NCBI GenBank assembly: GCA_035388825.1 | Contig: DAOOQQ010000019.1 | Coordinates: 225 to 64,224 of the forward strand | Direction of reading: 5' to 3' | DNA length: 64,000 bases | From: Candidatus Ozemobacteraceae bacterium | GTDB lineage: Bacteria; Muiribacteriota; Ozemobacteria; Ozemobacterales; Ozemobacteraceae | Part shown: in pieces, positions 11,288-20,242 of the stretch | Numbering within the stretch: position 1 is the first letter of the stretch | Layout: every line of letters begins with the position of its first letter | Notes under the pieces: model-generated | Told to the model about the DNA's origin: nothing | The model's input: the letters and a program-made list of their open reading frames with translations, nothing else | Databases searched by the model: none | Made by a program: the position numbers and the translations under genes

Positions 11288-12985
11288 ATGTTCCTGCTCC
11301 TGACGGTCGTCGGCCTGTTGTATATCTTCGGCACGATGTTCGTCCGGTATATGACGCAGGAGCGGGCCCAGACGGCAAAACAGGGGGACAGCATCGTCGC
11401 CTACTACCTTGCCGAAGCCGGCATCGAGAAGGCCCAGGTGAAGATGCGCGAACTGTTCACCGAGAAGCTGATCAAGGAAGGCGAGATCAACGACCGGCTT
11501 CTGGCGCTGCTCGACATCGACCGGGCCGAGAATTTCCAGATGAAGGTCGAGATTCCGGATGGTGACCTGATCAAGAACGGCGCGGCCGAAGTGATCGTCG
11601 AGGTCACCAACCTCAAGCTGACTCCCTTCAAAACGTATATCGACGAGTATGAAGAGGTTCCCTCGCCCCTCAAGATCTACCGGAAGCAGAACCGGGACAC
11701 CTATGCCGACAAGGCTCTCGGCGGCTGGGAGGGCAATCTGCGCTTCGTCTCGACCGGCACCTTCAAGAAAACCGTCCGCAAGGTCGAGATGATCCGGGAT
11801 CTCAAGGTGAGCGATCTGACCCCGCCGGCCGAGAACTACACCCTGTTCGTCGCCGGCAAGAAGGACGAGTACATCAAGGAGGGCGAGTTCCGGGTGCGGA
11901 ACTGGAGCGTCGTGCGCTCGCTCAAGGAGATGATCGACGAGATCATCAAACGCACGAACGAGGCCGTCCAGGAGACGCTCGGCAACAGCGCCGAAGCCCT
12001 GTTCTGGGAGCCGAACACCGTCAACATGATCAGCTTCGACGGCGACGTCAAGGTGAAGGTGCTGAAGGTCATCCGCAAACTCGTCATGTCGGTCACCGAC
12101 GTGAAGATCAAGGACTACGTCGATACGACGATCCAGAATCTCCATCCCTACCTGTGGGGCAAGATCCGCACCAATGGCCGGCTGCACGTGTACCTGCCGT
12201 TTTTCGCCGCTGACGATATCATCAACTATTTCGAGGACAACTCGATCTTTTCCCATCAGCGGCCCGAAATCGGCTACCTGTTCTGCAACAACCAGTTGCA
12301 TGACCCCTATCTGAGCAAATACACCTACTACGAGGGCGAGATCATCCGGTATTACCAGAAGCTCAAGCCCTACGTGCTCGGTATCACCGAAACGCCGTAT
12401 CCCAGCTCGGATCCCTACACCATCAACACGAAGTTCGATTTCACCACCCGCCACCCCGACAAGCTGCAGCCGCTGCAGCTCGACCGCATCAAGAAGAACG
12501 CGAAAGAATACTGCCACGAATTCTACGAGAAGGATCTTGTGGTGAAAGGCACCTACGCGAAGCCCGCTTCGGTCTGGGGCATCATCTACGTCCAGGGCAA
12601 CGTGTTCATCGGCGGCCGCATCTCGGGCCAGGCGATGATCGTCACCGAGGGCAACGTCATCCTCACCGACAACGTCATCCACGACAGCGCCGACAGTTTT
12701 CTCTCGGTCGTCGCGCTCAATGGCCTCGTCTCGTTCCGGCCCGGCATGACGAAGGCTAAAATAGAGTCGGCTATTTATGCAAAGAACAGCATCAAGGGCG
12801 GAGAGCAGGTTTCGATCCTGGGCAACCTCGTGGTCGAGAACCTCAACCGCATGGAAAAAGAGGAAGGGCCGGTGCTGATGCCCAAGCGCATCTTCATCAA
12901 CTACGACTCGAACCTCAAGAGCCAGACCGGCAACAACGTCTGCTTCAACATCTCGGAGCGCGTCACCACCTTCCGCGACCTCTGA
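11288..12985 (+). CDS. Large membrane-anchored protein with a PilX-like N-terminal region
   Basis: The ATG at 11288 gives MFLLLTVVGLLYIFGTMF (TM helix) followed by AYYLAEAGIEKA, which resembles the PilX_N minor-pilin motif; the ORF-track start at 11138 would overlap prfB and encode an Arg-rich junk N-terminus. Confidence 0.5.
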   Translation: MFLLLTVVGLLYIFGTMFVRYMTQERAQTAKQGDSIVAYYLAEAGIEKAQVKMRELFTEKLIKEGEINDRLLALLDIDRAENFQMKVEIPDGDLIKNGAAEVIVEVTNLKLTPFKTYIDEYEEVPSPLKIYRKQNRDTYADKALGGWEGNLRFVSTGTFKKTVRKVEMIRDLKVSDLTPPAENYTLFVAGKKDEYIKEGEFRVRNWSVVRSLKEMIDEIIKRTNEAVQETLGNSAEALFWEPNTVNMISFDGDVKVKVLKVIRKLVMSVTDVKIKDYVDTTIQNLHPYLWGKIRTNGRLHVYLPFFAADDIINYFEDNSIFSHQRPEIGYLFCNNQLHDPYLSKYTYYEGEIIRYYQKLKPYVLGITETPYPSSDPYTINTKFDFTTRHPDKLQPLQLDRIKKNAKEYCHEFYEKDLVVKGTYAKPASVWGIIYVQGNVFIGGRISGQAMIVTEGNVILTDNVIHDSADSFLSVVALNGLVSFRPGMTKAKIESAIYAKNSIKGGEQVSILGNLVVENLNRMEKEEGPVLMPKRIFINYDSNLKSQTGNNVCFNISERVTTFRDL

Positions 12986-13048
12986 CCCCCGCGCCGGAAT
13001 CCGTGGACGAACCGCAGTGATACTCCATTGAAATGCCCCCGGTTTCAG

Positions 13049-13145
13049 GAACGCATCCGCAGATGGAGGGCAGATGAACGCAGATGAAGAGTCAGCTGAT
13101 AAGACGTTCAGAATTTCATCTGCGCCATCTGCGTCATCTGCGGAT
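13049..13145. repeat. MITE-like repeat, module B near-perfect hairpin
   Basis: gcatccgcagatggagggcagatgaacgcagatgaa ... ttcatctgcgccatctgcgtcatctgcggatc; inverted copies separated by a ~25-nt loop; lies between convergent genes. Confidence 0.6.
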
Positions 13146-13171
13146 CGGGTCTTTCGGGGTGACCCGGCGGG

Positions 13172-14878
13172 TCAGGGGTGGGCGGCGATATACTCGATGG
13201 CGGGAAGCTCGACGGACTGGCCCAGATCGTTGATCACCCGGTAGCTTTTCCACTCGGCCCGGCCGGTGACGTTGAGGACGGCGCCCTGCTTCGCGAAGGG
13301 CGGCAGGCCGCCTTTCGGGGCGGCGACCAGGAACACCGGCTGATTGTTGAATCCGGGACTGAGCCGGAAATCGTTCCGGTCGCGGCCCATCTGGTCCAGT
13401 TCCTCCTGGGAGAGTTCCTTGATCATCAGCAGGAAGTCGAGGCCATACCGGCTCATCGTGCGGGCGACGTAGCCCCGCCATTCGAGGGTGACCGAGCCGG
13501 TGAACCGTGTCTTGAAGTTGATATCCTGGAGCTGCCGGTAGGTCAGATTCGTACTGGCATAAATCTTCCGCGAGGCGGCGAATCCCTCGCGGGCCGGCCG
13601 GGCGATTTCCTCTGCCTCGGCGGCCCGGACACGGGCGATCTCGATCTTGCGCTGGGCGTCCCTGCGGTAGGTCGAGTCCAGCCCGCCGCCGGCGAGCGCC
13701 TGTTCGAACAGGGTGACCGCTCCGGCGAAGTCCCCGGTCGTGAACGCCTGGCTGGCCCTCAGATACAGATCGTTCGCGACGTCGATCGAGGCCTGGTCGA
13801 GCCGGCTCTGCAGGTTGGGATTGCCCGGATTCATCGAGTTCGCCTTGGCGTAATACTCCTTCGCAAGGTCGGCACGGCCCATGCGTTCGTAGATGCGGGC
13901 GATCTCGACTGCGACGCCGGCCTGGGGCTTCACGGCGAAGTAGGTCTGGTAATTCTTCAGGGCGTCGTCGAGCAGGTTCACCTTCGAGTAGTTCTGTGCC
14001 AGGAGATAGTAGGCGGCATGGAAATGCTCGTCGACCCGGATCGCCTCTTCCAGATGCTTGATCGAGGCGAACAGGTCGCCCTTGAGGCTGAAGGCTTTGC
14101 CGAGCAGGTAGTGCAGCCGGGGATTGTCCTCGTCGTCGGTCGAGAGGGAGTCGAGCAGCTCGATCGCCTGCTGGTACCGGCCCCGTTCGATGAAATCCTC
14201 GGCGCGCGACTCGGCACTGGTCTTGATGCTGTCTTTCGCTTTCTGGGCCGCCTGGGGGGGAAGCGGCGGCACGCGCAGCGTCTCGGCCGGCGGGAGCTGG
14301 GAGGAGGGGGGCATGGCCGGGAGGGCCGCGACGGACTGAGGGGGCCGGGTCGGCGGAAGGACCGGAAGATCCGGGGTGTTCTGGCGGGTCACGACCGGCG
14401 CCTGGGTCGTCCGCTGCGGCCGGGCGGGCTGCTGCGACCGCTGCTGACTCCGGGCGGCCCGCTCCCGGGCGGCATCCTCGAGAACCGCGGCCTGCTCCTC
14501 CCCGCGGCTCCGTTTCATTTCGACGGTGCAGCGGGCGATGCCGCGCCGGGCCGCAACCATCGAGGGATCGAGCACGGCGGCGAGCTGGTATTCCTTCAAC
14601 GCCTCCTGGAAGTTCCCCGTCAGTTCGAAGACCCGGGCGAGATTGAAGTGGACGCCGGGGTGGCGGGGCGACCGCTCGTAGGCCCGTTGCAAAGCCTGAT
14701 GGGCCTGTTTGTATCGTTGCTGATATATATGGTTGACGGCTTCCTCGACCAGGATGTTCGTGTCATCGAAGGCGGCGAATGCCGGCACGGCGGCCGCGAA
14801 CAGAAGCGCGGCGAACCAGGAGTGCCTGGTGCCGGTTCCGCGCCGGAAGGTCGTTTTCAAGGTTGAATCGTGTTGCAT
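13172..14878 (-). CDS. Secreted TPR-repeat protein
   Basis: ATG 14878 gives MQHDSTLKTT...AALLFAAAVPAFAAF, a signal peptide; multiple TPR-like repeats (AYYLLAQNYSKVNLLDDALKNYQ etc.); a Pro/Gln-rich linker. Confidence 0.65.
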   Translation of the reverse strand: MQHDSTLKTTFRRGTGTRHSWFAALLFAAAVPAFAAFDDTNILVEEAVNHIYQQRYKQAHQALQRAYERSPRHPGVHFNLARVFELTGNFQEALKEYQLAAVLDPSMVAARRGIARCTVEMKRSRGEEQAAVLEDAARERAARSQQRSQQPARPQRTTQAPVVTRQNTPDLPVLPPTRPPQSVAALPAMPPSSQLPPAETLRVPPLPPQAAQKAKDSIKTSAESRAEDFIERGRYQQAIELLDSLSTDDEDNPRLHYLLGKAFSLKGDLFASIKHLEEAIRVDEHFHAAYYLLAQNYSKVNLLDDALKNYQTYFAVKPQAGVAVEIARIYERMGRADLAKEYYAKANSMNPGNPNLQSRLDQASIDVANDLYLRASQAFTTGDFAGAVTLFEQALAGGGLDSTYRRDAQRKIEIARVRAAEAEEIARPAREGFAASRKIYASTNLTYRQLQDINFKTRFTGSVTLEWRGYVARTMSRYGLDFLLMIKELSQEELDQMGRDRNDFRLSPGFNNQPVFLVAAPKGGLPPFAKQGAVLNVTGRAEWKSYRVINDLGQSVELPAIEYIAAHP

Positions 14879-15004
14879 CTTACGCCATCCTGTCGTCCGT
14901 CTGGCGGGCAACCGCGAGGCCCCGTCAGCGTGGGGTTTTTGACGTCACCGGAATCCTATGATACCATCAGTTTCAACAAAACCAACTTCCCAATCGGAGG
15001 CCGT

Positions 15005-15091
15005 ATGTCGATTTTCCGTTTCATCTGGTGGGCGATGATCATCAGCCTGGCCGCGTTCGCTGGCTACGTCTACGGGTACCTGTCCGAGTAA
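15005..15091 (+). CDS. Small hydrophobic peptide (28 aa, one TM helix)
   Basis: GGAGG 4 nt upstream of ATG 15005; MSIFRFIWWAMIISLAAFAGYVYGYLSE; followed immediately by a strong hairpin terminator; the ORF-track 73-aa version has an implausible N-terminal extension. Confidence 0.35.
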   Translation: MSIFRFIWWAMIISLAAFAGYVYGYLSE

Positions 15092-15109
15092 GATTCCCGG
15101 GTCCGATCG

Positions 15110-15156
15110 ACGCCTCCCGGCCTGTTGCCAGGCTACGGGAGGCGTTTTGCGTTTCC
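15110..15156. terminator. Rho-independent terminator, probably bidirectional
   Basis: acgcctcccg ... cgggaggcgt 10-bp stem followed by tttgcgtttcc; sits between the small peptide gene (+) and the end of the HEAT protein gene (-). Confidence 0.45.
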
Positions 15157-15177
15157 GGAAGAAGCGGCTGGAGCGGG

Positions 15178-16647
15178 TCACCGGTCGGCGGCAGGGCTCT
15201 GTTTCTGGGCGAGCCAGGCTGCTTCGCGCAGGGAATAGGCCTTCTGCACCCGCTGCAGCTTGTCGTTGTCGTTGAGCAGCTCGGCCATCACTTTCAGAGC
15301 CCGGAAATCCCCGTTTTTCAACATCAGCTCGCCGCAGACCGCCCGCACGCCTTCGCTCGGGTCGGCCGTTCCCTTGAACAGCAGATCATTTGCCTGGCCG
15401 CCGTCGATGGCGGCCCGATACCGGTAGGCAGCGGCCCGGATATTGTGGTCGGGATCCTGAAGCAGCGGCGCGGCGTGGGGCTTGAAATCTGCCGCGCGGA
15501 GACGGGCGAGAAGGTCGATGAACTGGGCCCGGAGAACGGGGCTGCGTTCCTTGCTCCACATCAGGGTGATGCGCGAGGCGTCGGCCGGAGCCATGACCTC
15601 GCCCATGGCCCTGATGAAATGCGTCAGAGCCCACTGGGTTGCATGCGTGTAGGCTGCGGTCAGACCGTTGAAGCTGCCCGGTGCGTTGATGCGGCCGATC
15701 GCCCAGGCGCTCCGGCCCGCGACCACGCCCTCCTCGTCGGAAAGAAGGCGGATCAACGCCTGGACGGCTTCCTTGATCCGGTAGGTTCCGGCCAGCCAGG
15801 CGCCGCTCGAGCGTTCCCACCGGTTCGGCGAGGTCATGAACCGCTGGAGTTCGTTCGTCATGCGGCTGCTGAGCCCGTTTTCGTAAAAGATGCCCATGAC
15901 GTTCGCTTTCACGCGGTTCGAGGGATCCCGCAGGTAGGGGGTCACGACCTGCTCGATCAGCGGAAATGGGAGTTGTCCGAGCGCTTCGATCGCGTTGGCG
16001 CGGATCCGCGCCTCGGAGTGGAGGAGGCTGTGCTGGAAATAGGCGATCAGGGCGGGGTTGTGATACTTCCCGAGGGACAGCAGGGCCGTCGCGAACACGT
16101 TGTTGTTGTCTTCGGATTCCAGCAGGTTGACGAGGATTTCGGAGGCCGGTCGGAGCGGGGCGAGATGGCCGAGGACCAACGCCGCATCGATGCGAACGCC
16201 GATATCGGGATCCCGGGCGGTTCGTGCGAGGAAGTCCCAGGGAACGTGCTCGCCGAAGAAGTGCAGGACGCGCACCAGCGTCTGGCGCACTTTTGGCGAG
16301 GCCTCGTTCTGGACGGTCTGGACGAGGGCCGGGAGAAATGCCGGATCACCGGTCAGGCCCAGCGAATTGACCGCGAACAGCCGGGTGTTGAGGTCTGCCG
16401 AGCCAAGTGCCTTCTGGAGTAGGGGAAGGGCTGTTTTCAGGCCGATGACGCCGCAGACCTGGATTGCCTTCCACTTGACGAACCGGTCGGTGTCGCTGAT
16501 GAGCGGCAGGATCTGTTCGCACTCCGGCGCTTCGGGATAGGCCTGGAGTCCCTCGAGCGCGAGAAAGCGGATGTTCGGGTTCGGGTCCTTCAGGGCAAAC
16601 CCATACTGCCGGATGATCCGTTTTTGAAGTTCCTCTGCCGACGACAT
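15178..16647 (-). CDS. HEAT-repeat (PBS-lyase-like) protein
   Basis: 489 aa; repeated ~30-aa units with a (L/V)xxLxxLGDP-like pattern and N(I/V)R motifs typical of HEAT_2/PBS lyase repeats. Confidence 0.65.
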   Translation of the reverse strand: MSSAEELQKRIIRQYGFALKDPNPNIRFLALEGLQAYPEAPECEQILPLISDTDRFVKWKAIQVCGVIGLKTALPLLQKALGSADLNTRLFAVNSLGLTGDPAFLPALVQTVQNEASPKVRQTLVRVLHFFGEHVPWDFLARTARDPDIGVRIDAALVLGHLAPLRPASEILVNLLESEDNNNVFATALLSLGKYHNPALIAYFQHSLLHSEARIRANAIEALGQLPFPLIEQVVTPYLRDPSNRVKANVMGIFYENGLSSRMTNELQRFMTSPNRWERSSGAWLAGTYRIKEAVQALIRLLSDEEGVVAGRSAWAIGRINAPGSFNGLTAAYTHATQWALTHFIRAMGEVMAPADASRITLMWSKERSPVLRAQFIDLLARLRAADFKPHAAPLLQDPDHNIRAAAYRYRAAIDGGQANDLLFKGTADPSEGVRAVCGELMLKNGDFRALKVMAELLNDNDKLQRVQKAYSLREAAWLAQKQSPAADR

Positions 16648-16802
16648 CTTCTCTTCCCTTCCCCTGCATTATACCATCTGCTATCTCGTCCTGCCTGCGG
16701 TGGAATGCCCGGCCAGGCAAGGCTGGCAGGCCTCCGCAGAGGGCATGGCGCTTTCCGGACCGGCAACATCACCGCCCGTCAGGGCAAGGACGCCTTCCGG
16801 TG

Positions 16803-16988
16803 TCAGCGGGGTTTCATGTGCTTCTTGGCGAGCAGGGCCATATACTCCTCGCGGAGTTCGGCGACACCGTACATCGCCGCCTTGACGATATCGCGCTGCG
16901 TGAGATTGAAGCGGCGCTTGACGTCCGCCATCGGCACGCCGGCCGCCAACTGGTCCAGAATGGCCTCGATCAGGGGGTTTCGAGCCAT
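16803..16988 (-). CDS. Small DUF433-like (HTH-like) protein; orphan antitoxin-like gene
   Basis: GGGAGGA SD then ATG 16988; MARNPLIEAILDQLAAGVPMADVKRRFNLTQRDIVKAAMYGV resembles the C-terminal half of DUF433; the upstream part of the ORF-track 195-aa ORF lacks a start and coding features. Confidence 0.35.
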   Translation of the reverse strand: MARNPLIEAILDQLAAGVPMADVKRRFNLTQRDIVKAAMYGVAELREEYMALLAKKHMKPR

Positions 16989-17170
16989 GGGGGATCCTCC
17001 CGGGTTCTTCACAGACTTCATGCCCTCTCTATCGGCAGCATCCCCTGTTCCGTCCAGAGGCCGGATCATCCGGCTGGCTTTCCGGCCTTGTATCCGGGGA
17101 GTTCCCGGGAGTATGCTCGGTAAACCGGAAGGGCAGTGAGAACATCTTATTTGACGAACGAGGAACGACA

Positions 17171-18196
17171 ATGCAACTGAAACGCTTTTCCCTCTGGATT
17201 CTCTGTCTGGGTCTGATTGCTTCGGCTCTCGCGGGATGTGGTGGCGGCGGAGGCGGCGGTGGCTCGAGCCTGCCCTCGATGAACACGACGATCGCGGGCT
17301 CCCTGGAACCTCCCGATGTGACGACACCCGGTGTTGCCGGAAGTGTTCGGGGATTGACAGGTTTGGAACTCCTCCCGAAGTATGCTGCAAGTGGCACCTG
17401 TACGGTCAACGGACAGGCGATGGCATTTTCTCTGGCGACCGCAACGAAGCATTTCCAGATTCCGGATATTCCGACCGCCAGTTTCTACGACGTGAAATTC
17501 ACCTATAAGAACCTCGTCCTCCGGACCATTGTGCCGCATACTTCACCGTATATGAGTACTCCGGTGAATGTTGATTCGACAGTCAAGGCGTGGATCATGG
17601 AACGTTACGCTTTCACGCCAACGCAGATGGCAAACTGGGAGATCAAATCGACATATGTTACGTACATGGCCAGCAGATTCCAGGCTTGGCTTAAGGATTT
17701 GGGCAGCAGTTTGAGCGGATTCCAAAATCGTTGGACAGCCGAGCTGGCCAGCCTCTCCTACAATGTCCCCACGATTGCTTCTCTGGCCTCCGACCTCACG
17801 CCGGCCGTCGACCTTCGGGGGACGTGGAGGGGCACGAACTGTGTCTTCTATAATCTGAATTTCAATGGGCAACGTGCCACCAAACTCACCGGCGATCTCA
17901 TCTTGAAGGTAACGGGTCAGAGCGGCAATGCCGTGACGGGAACCCTGGCGATCACCGTGAGAAACCAGGAAAAGATGCCCAATGTTGATAACATGATTCC
18001 CGAGCCGAATTATCCGGCAAGCACCTTCACGAGCGGCAACATCTCCTCGACGAAGTTCACGTTCGTGTATGGATACAACAAATTCGAGTTCGAGACGCTG
18101 TCGGATTCGATGCTCGGAAAGGTCTCGAATTGTGACCAGAAATTTGCGGGTCTCGATTCGGACGCCGGAGCCTTCCTGCTGACCAAGGAATGGTGA
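17171..18196 (+). CDS. Lipoprotein of unknown function, noticeably lower GC than surroundings
   Basis: Signal peptide with lipobox LAGC followed by a Gly run; 341 aa; by eye GC is roughly 50-55% across 17500-18200 against ~65% flanks. Confidence 0.55.
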   Translation: MQLKRFSLWILCLGLIASALAGCGGGGGGGGSSLPSMNTTIAGSLEPPDVTTPGVAGSVRGLTGLELLPKYAASGTCTVNGQAMAFSLATATKHFQIPDIPTASFYDVKFTYKNLVLRTIVPHTSPYMSTPVNVDSTVKAWIMERYAFTPTQMANWEIKSTYVTYMASRFQAWLKDLGSSLSGFQNRWTAELASLSYNVPTIASLASDLTPAVDLRGTWRGTNCVFYNLNFNGQRATKLTGDLILKVTGQSGNAVTGTLAITVRNQEKMPNVDNMIPEPNYPASTFTSGNISSTKFTFVYGYNKFEFETLSDSMLGKVSNCDQKFAGLDSDAGAFLLTKEW

Positions 18197-18211
18197 CGGG
18201 CCTGACCACCC

Positions 18212-18250
18212 GCCGCCCTCGGAGCGATCGCTTCGGGGGGCGGTTTCGTT
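18212..18250 (+). terminator. GC-rich hairpin plus T-rich tail after the lipoprotein gene
   Basis: ccgccctcggagcgatcgcttcggggggcgg then tttcgtt; contains the internal palindrome agcgatcgct. Confidence 0.3.
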
Positions 18251-18320
18251 GAGAGCGGGTTTGTGGTATCATCACGCACCTTCGATTCCACCTGAATTCA
18301 CAAGCCACGGAGGCATGGTC

Positions 18321-19769
18321 ATGGGCCTGATGCTGTACAACACGATGAGCCGCTCGAAAGAGCAATTCGTCCCCCTGGTCGAGGGACACGTGGGCATCTA
18401 TGTCTGCGGCCCGACCGTCTACGGCCCTCCGCATCTCGGCCATGCCAAGAGCTATATAACGTTCGATGTGCTCGTGAAGCACCTGCGCCGGCGCGGCTTC
18501 AATGTTCGCTACGTGCAGAACATCACGGATGTCGGCCATCTGACCGACAATGCCGATGCCGGTGAGGACAAGATCCAGCGCCAGGCGCGCATCGACCGCG
18601 TGCATCCCTACGAAATCGTCGACAAATGCATGTTCCAGTATATGCACGACATGGAGAGACTGCGCGTGGCGCATCCGAGCTTCTACGTCCGGGCCTCCCA
18701 GCACGTCGGCGAACAGATCGAGGCCGTCCAGAAACTCGTCGAGAAGGGCCACGCCTACGTTTCCGACGGGAACGTGTATTTCGATGTCGCGTCCTTCAAG
18801 CGGTACGGCAAGCTGTCGGGTCGGACCGTCGACGAGCTGCGCGAAGCCGTGCGCGTCGAGGCCCGTTCCGACAAGCGGAACCCGCAGGACTTCGCCCTCT
18901 GGAAGCGCGCCGAGCCGGACCACATCCTTCAGTGGAATTCGCCGTGGGGCCCGGGGTATCCGGGCTGGCACATCGAGTGCTCGGTCATGAGCACCAAGTA
19001 TCTGGGCGAGACGTTCGACATCCACGGCGGCGGCCTCGAGAACATGTTCCCGCACCACGAGTGCGAGATCGCGCAGAGCGAGGCCGTGACGGGCAAGCCG
19101 TTCGCGCGCTACTGGGTTCACAACAATATGGTCACGGTCGACGGCGTGAAGATGGGCAAATCGCTCGGCAACTTCCGCACCTGCGAAGACCTGCTCCAGC
19201 GGCACAGCCCCGAGGCCATCCGGGTGTTCATCCTCTCGACGCATTACCGCTCGCCCAGCAACTACACGGAAGAGGCGATCGGGGCTGCCGCGACCGGCCT
19301 TCAGCGCCTTGGCCAGCTCCACGCCGCGCTCGAGGAGCACGGGAAACGCCAGGTGACGGAAGGCAGGAATGATACGGAGCTCCTGGCCGCATCCGAGGCC
19401 ACGGAAAAGGCGATCGGCGAAGCCCTCGACGATGATCTCGACACGCCCGGCGCGATTGCGCACCTGTACACGTTCGTCACCACGGCGAACCGACTGATGG
19501 CGGCCGGGATCTCCTCCGGCGCGGCGCATAAAGCTCTTGATATGTTACGCGGCTGGGCCGGCGACGTGCTGGGCATTCTGCCCCCGGTCCAGGGGGCTGC
19601 CGGCGACGGCGTCGATATCGACCCGCTGATGGGCATCATCCTCGATCTCCGGAAAGAGATGAAGACCAGCAAACGGTATGACCTGGCCGACCAGATCCGC
19701 GACCGGCTCAAGACCGCCGGCATCACGATCGAGGACACCCGCGACGGTGCCCGCTGGCGGCGTGCGTGA
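18321..19769 (+). CDS. cysS: Cysteine--tRNA ligase
   Basis: HIGH motif region ([14 protein letters not shown]) and KMSKS (KMGKSLGN); SD GGAGG 8 nt upstream of ATG 18321; the ORF-track start at 18249 is less likely. Confidence 0.9.
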   Translation: MGLMLYNTMSRSKEQFVPLVEGHVGIYVCGPTVYGPPHLGHAKSYITFDVLVKHLRRRGFNVRYVQNITDVGHLTDNADAGEDKIQRQARIDRVHPYEIVDKCMFQYMHDMERLRVAHPSFYVRASQHVGEQIEAVQKLVEKGHAYVSDGNVYFDVASFKRYGKLSGRTVDELREAVRVEARSDKRNPQDFALWKRAEPDHILQWNSPWGPGYPGWHIECSVMSTKYLGETFDIHGGGLENMFPHHECEIAQSEAVTGKPFARYWVHNNMVTVDGVKMGKSLGNFRTCEDLLQRHSPEAIRVFILSTHYRSPSNYTEEAIGAAATGLQRLGQLHAALEEHGKRQVTEGRNDTELLAASEATEKAIGEALDDDLDTPGAIAHLYTFVTTANRLMAAGISSGAAHKALDMLRGWAGDVLGILPPVQGAAGDGVDIDPLMGIILDLRKEMKTSKRYDLADQIRDRLKTAGITIEDTRDGARWRRA

Positions 19770-20242
19770 GCGGTGCTGCGTTCCCGGTTGACGCCCTGAA
19801 ATTTGCCTTTTCCCGGCCCTGGGTGGCGAGCGAGGTCGAGCGATTACCGGCGCGTACCCTGGCCTATGTCGGCGACGGCGTGTTCGAGTTGGGGGTGCGG
19901 CTGCGCCACGTCGCCGGGGGGACCGACGATGCCGGGCATCTTCACTCCTCCGTCGTGAAACTCGTCTGCGCGCCGAACCAGGCCCGCATCTTCGAAACGC
20001 TCTGGAATACCGTCTCTCCGGCTGAGCAGGAGCTGCTGCGCCATTGGCGCAACGCCAAGATGCCCTACCGGGGACCCCGGATGGACCGGCTCACCTATGC
20101 CCGCGCCACGGCGCTCGAGGCCTGGGTTGGGTATCTGTTCCTGACCGGCCAGGATGGCCGGCTGGAAGACGTATTCGCCCTCGTGAACCCGCCCGAGCCG
20201 GCTGTGCCGGCCGATGAAGAAGGAGAAGACCATGAGCTCTGA
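19766..20242 (+). CDS. mrnC: Mini-ribonuclease III
   Basis: 158 aa; LAYVGDGVFELGVR RNase III-like catalytic motif; cysS-mrnC-rlmB order as in Bacillus cysS-yazC-yacO; start overlaps the cysS stop. Confidence 0.65.
   Translation: MSGAAFPVDALKFAFSRPWVASEVERLPARTLAYVGDGVFELGVRLRHVAGGTDDAGHLHSSVVKLVCAPNQARIFETLWNTVSPAEQELLRHWRNAKMPYRGPRMDRLTYARATALEAWVGYLFLTGQDGRLEDVFALVNPPEPAVPADEEGEDHEL

Noticed and set aside
13178-14866. 562-aa plus-strand ORF opposite the TPR protein gene; 20475..21665 (396 aa) opposite rlmB; 9897..11378 opposite prfB
   Set aside because: Antisense artefacts of a high-GC genome. The sense genes have clear motifs.
14870-15091. 73-aa ORF version of the small peptide gene
   Set aside because: The N-terminal 45 residues have no RBS and overlap the start region of the convergent TPR gene. 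The internal ATG 15005 with its GGAGG is the credible start.
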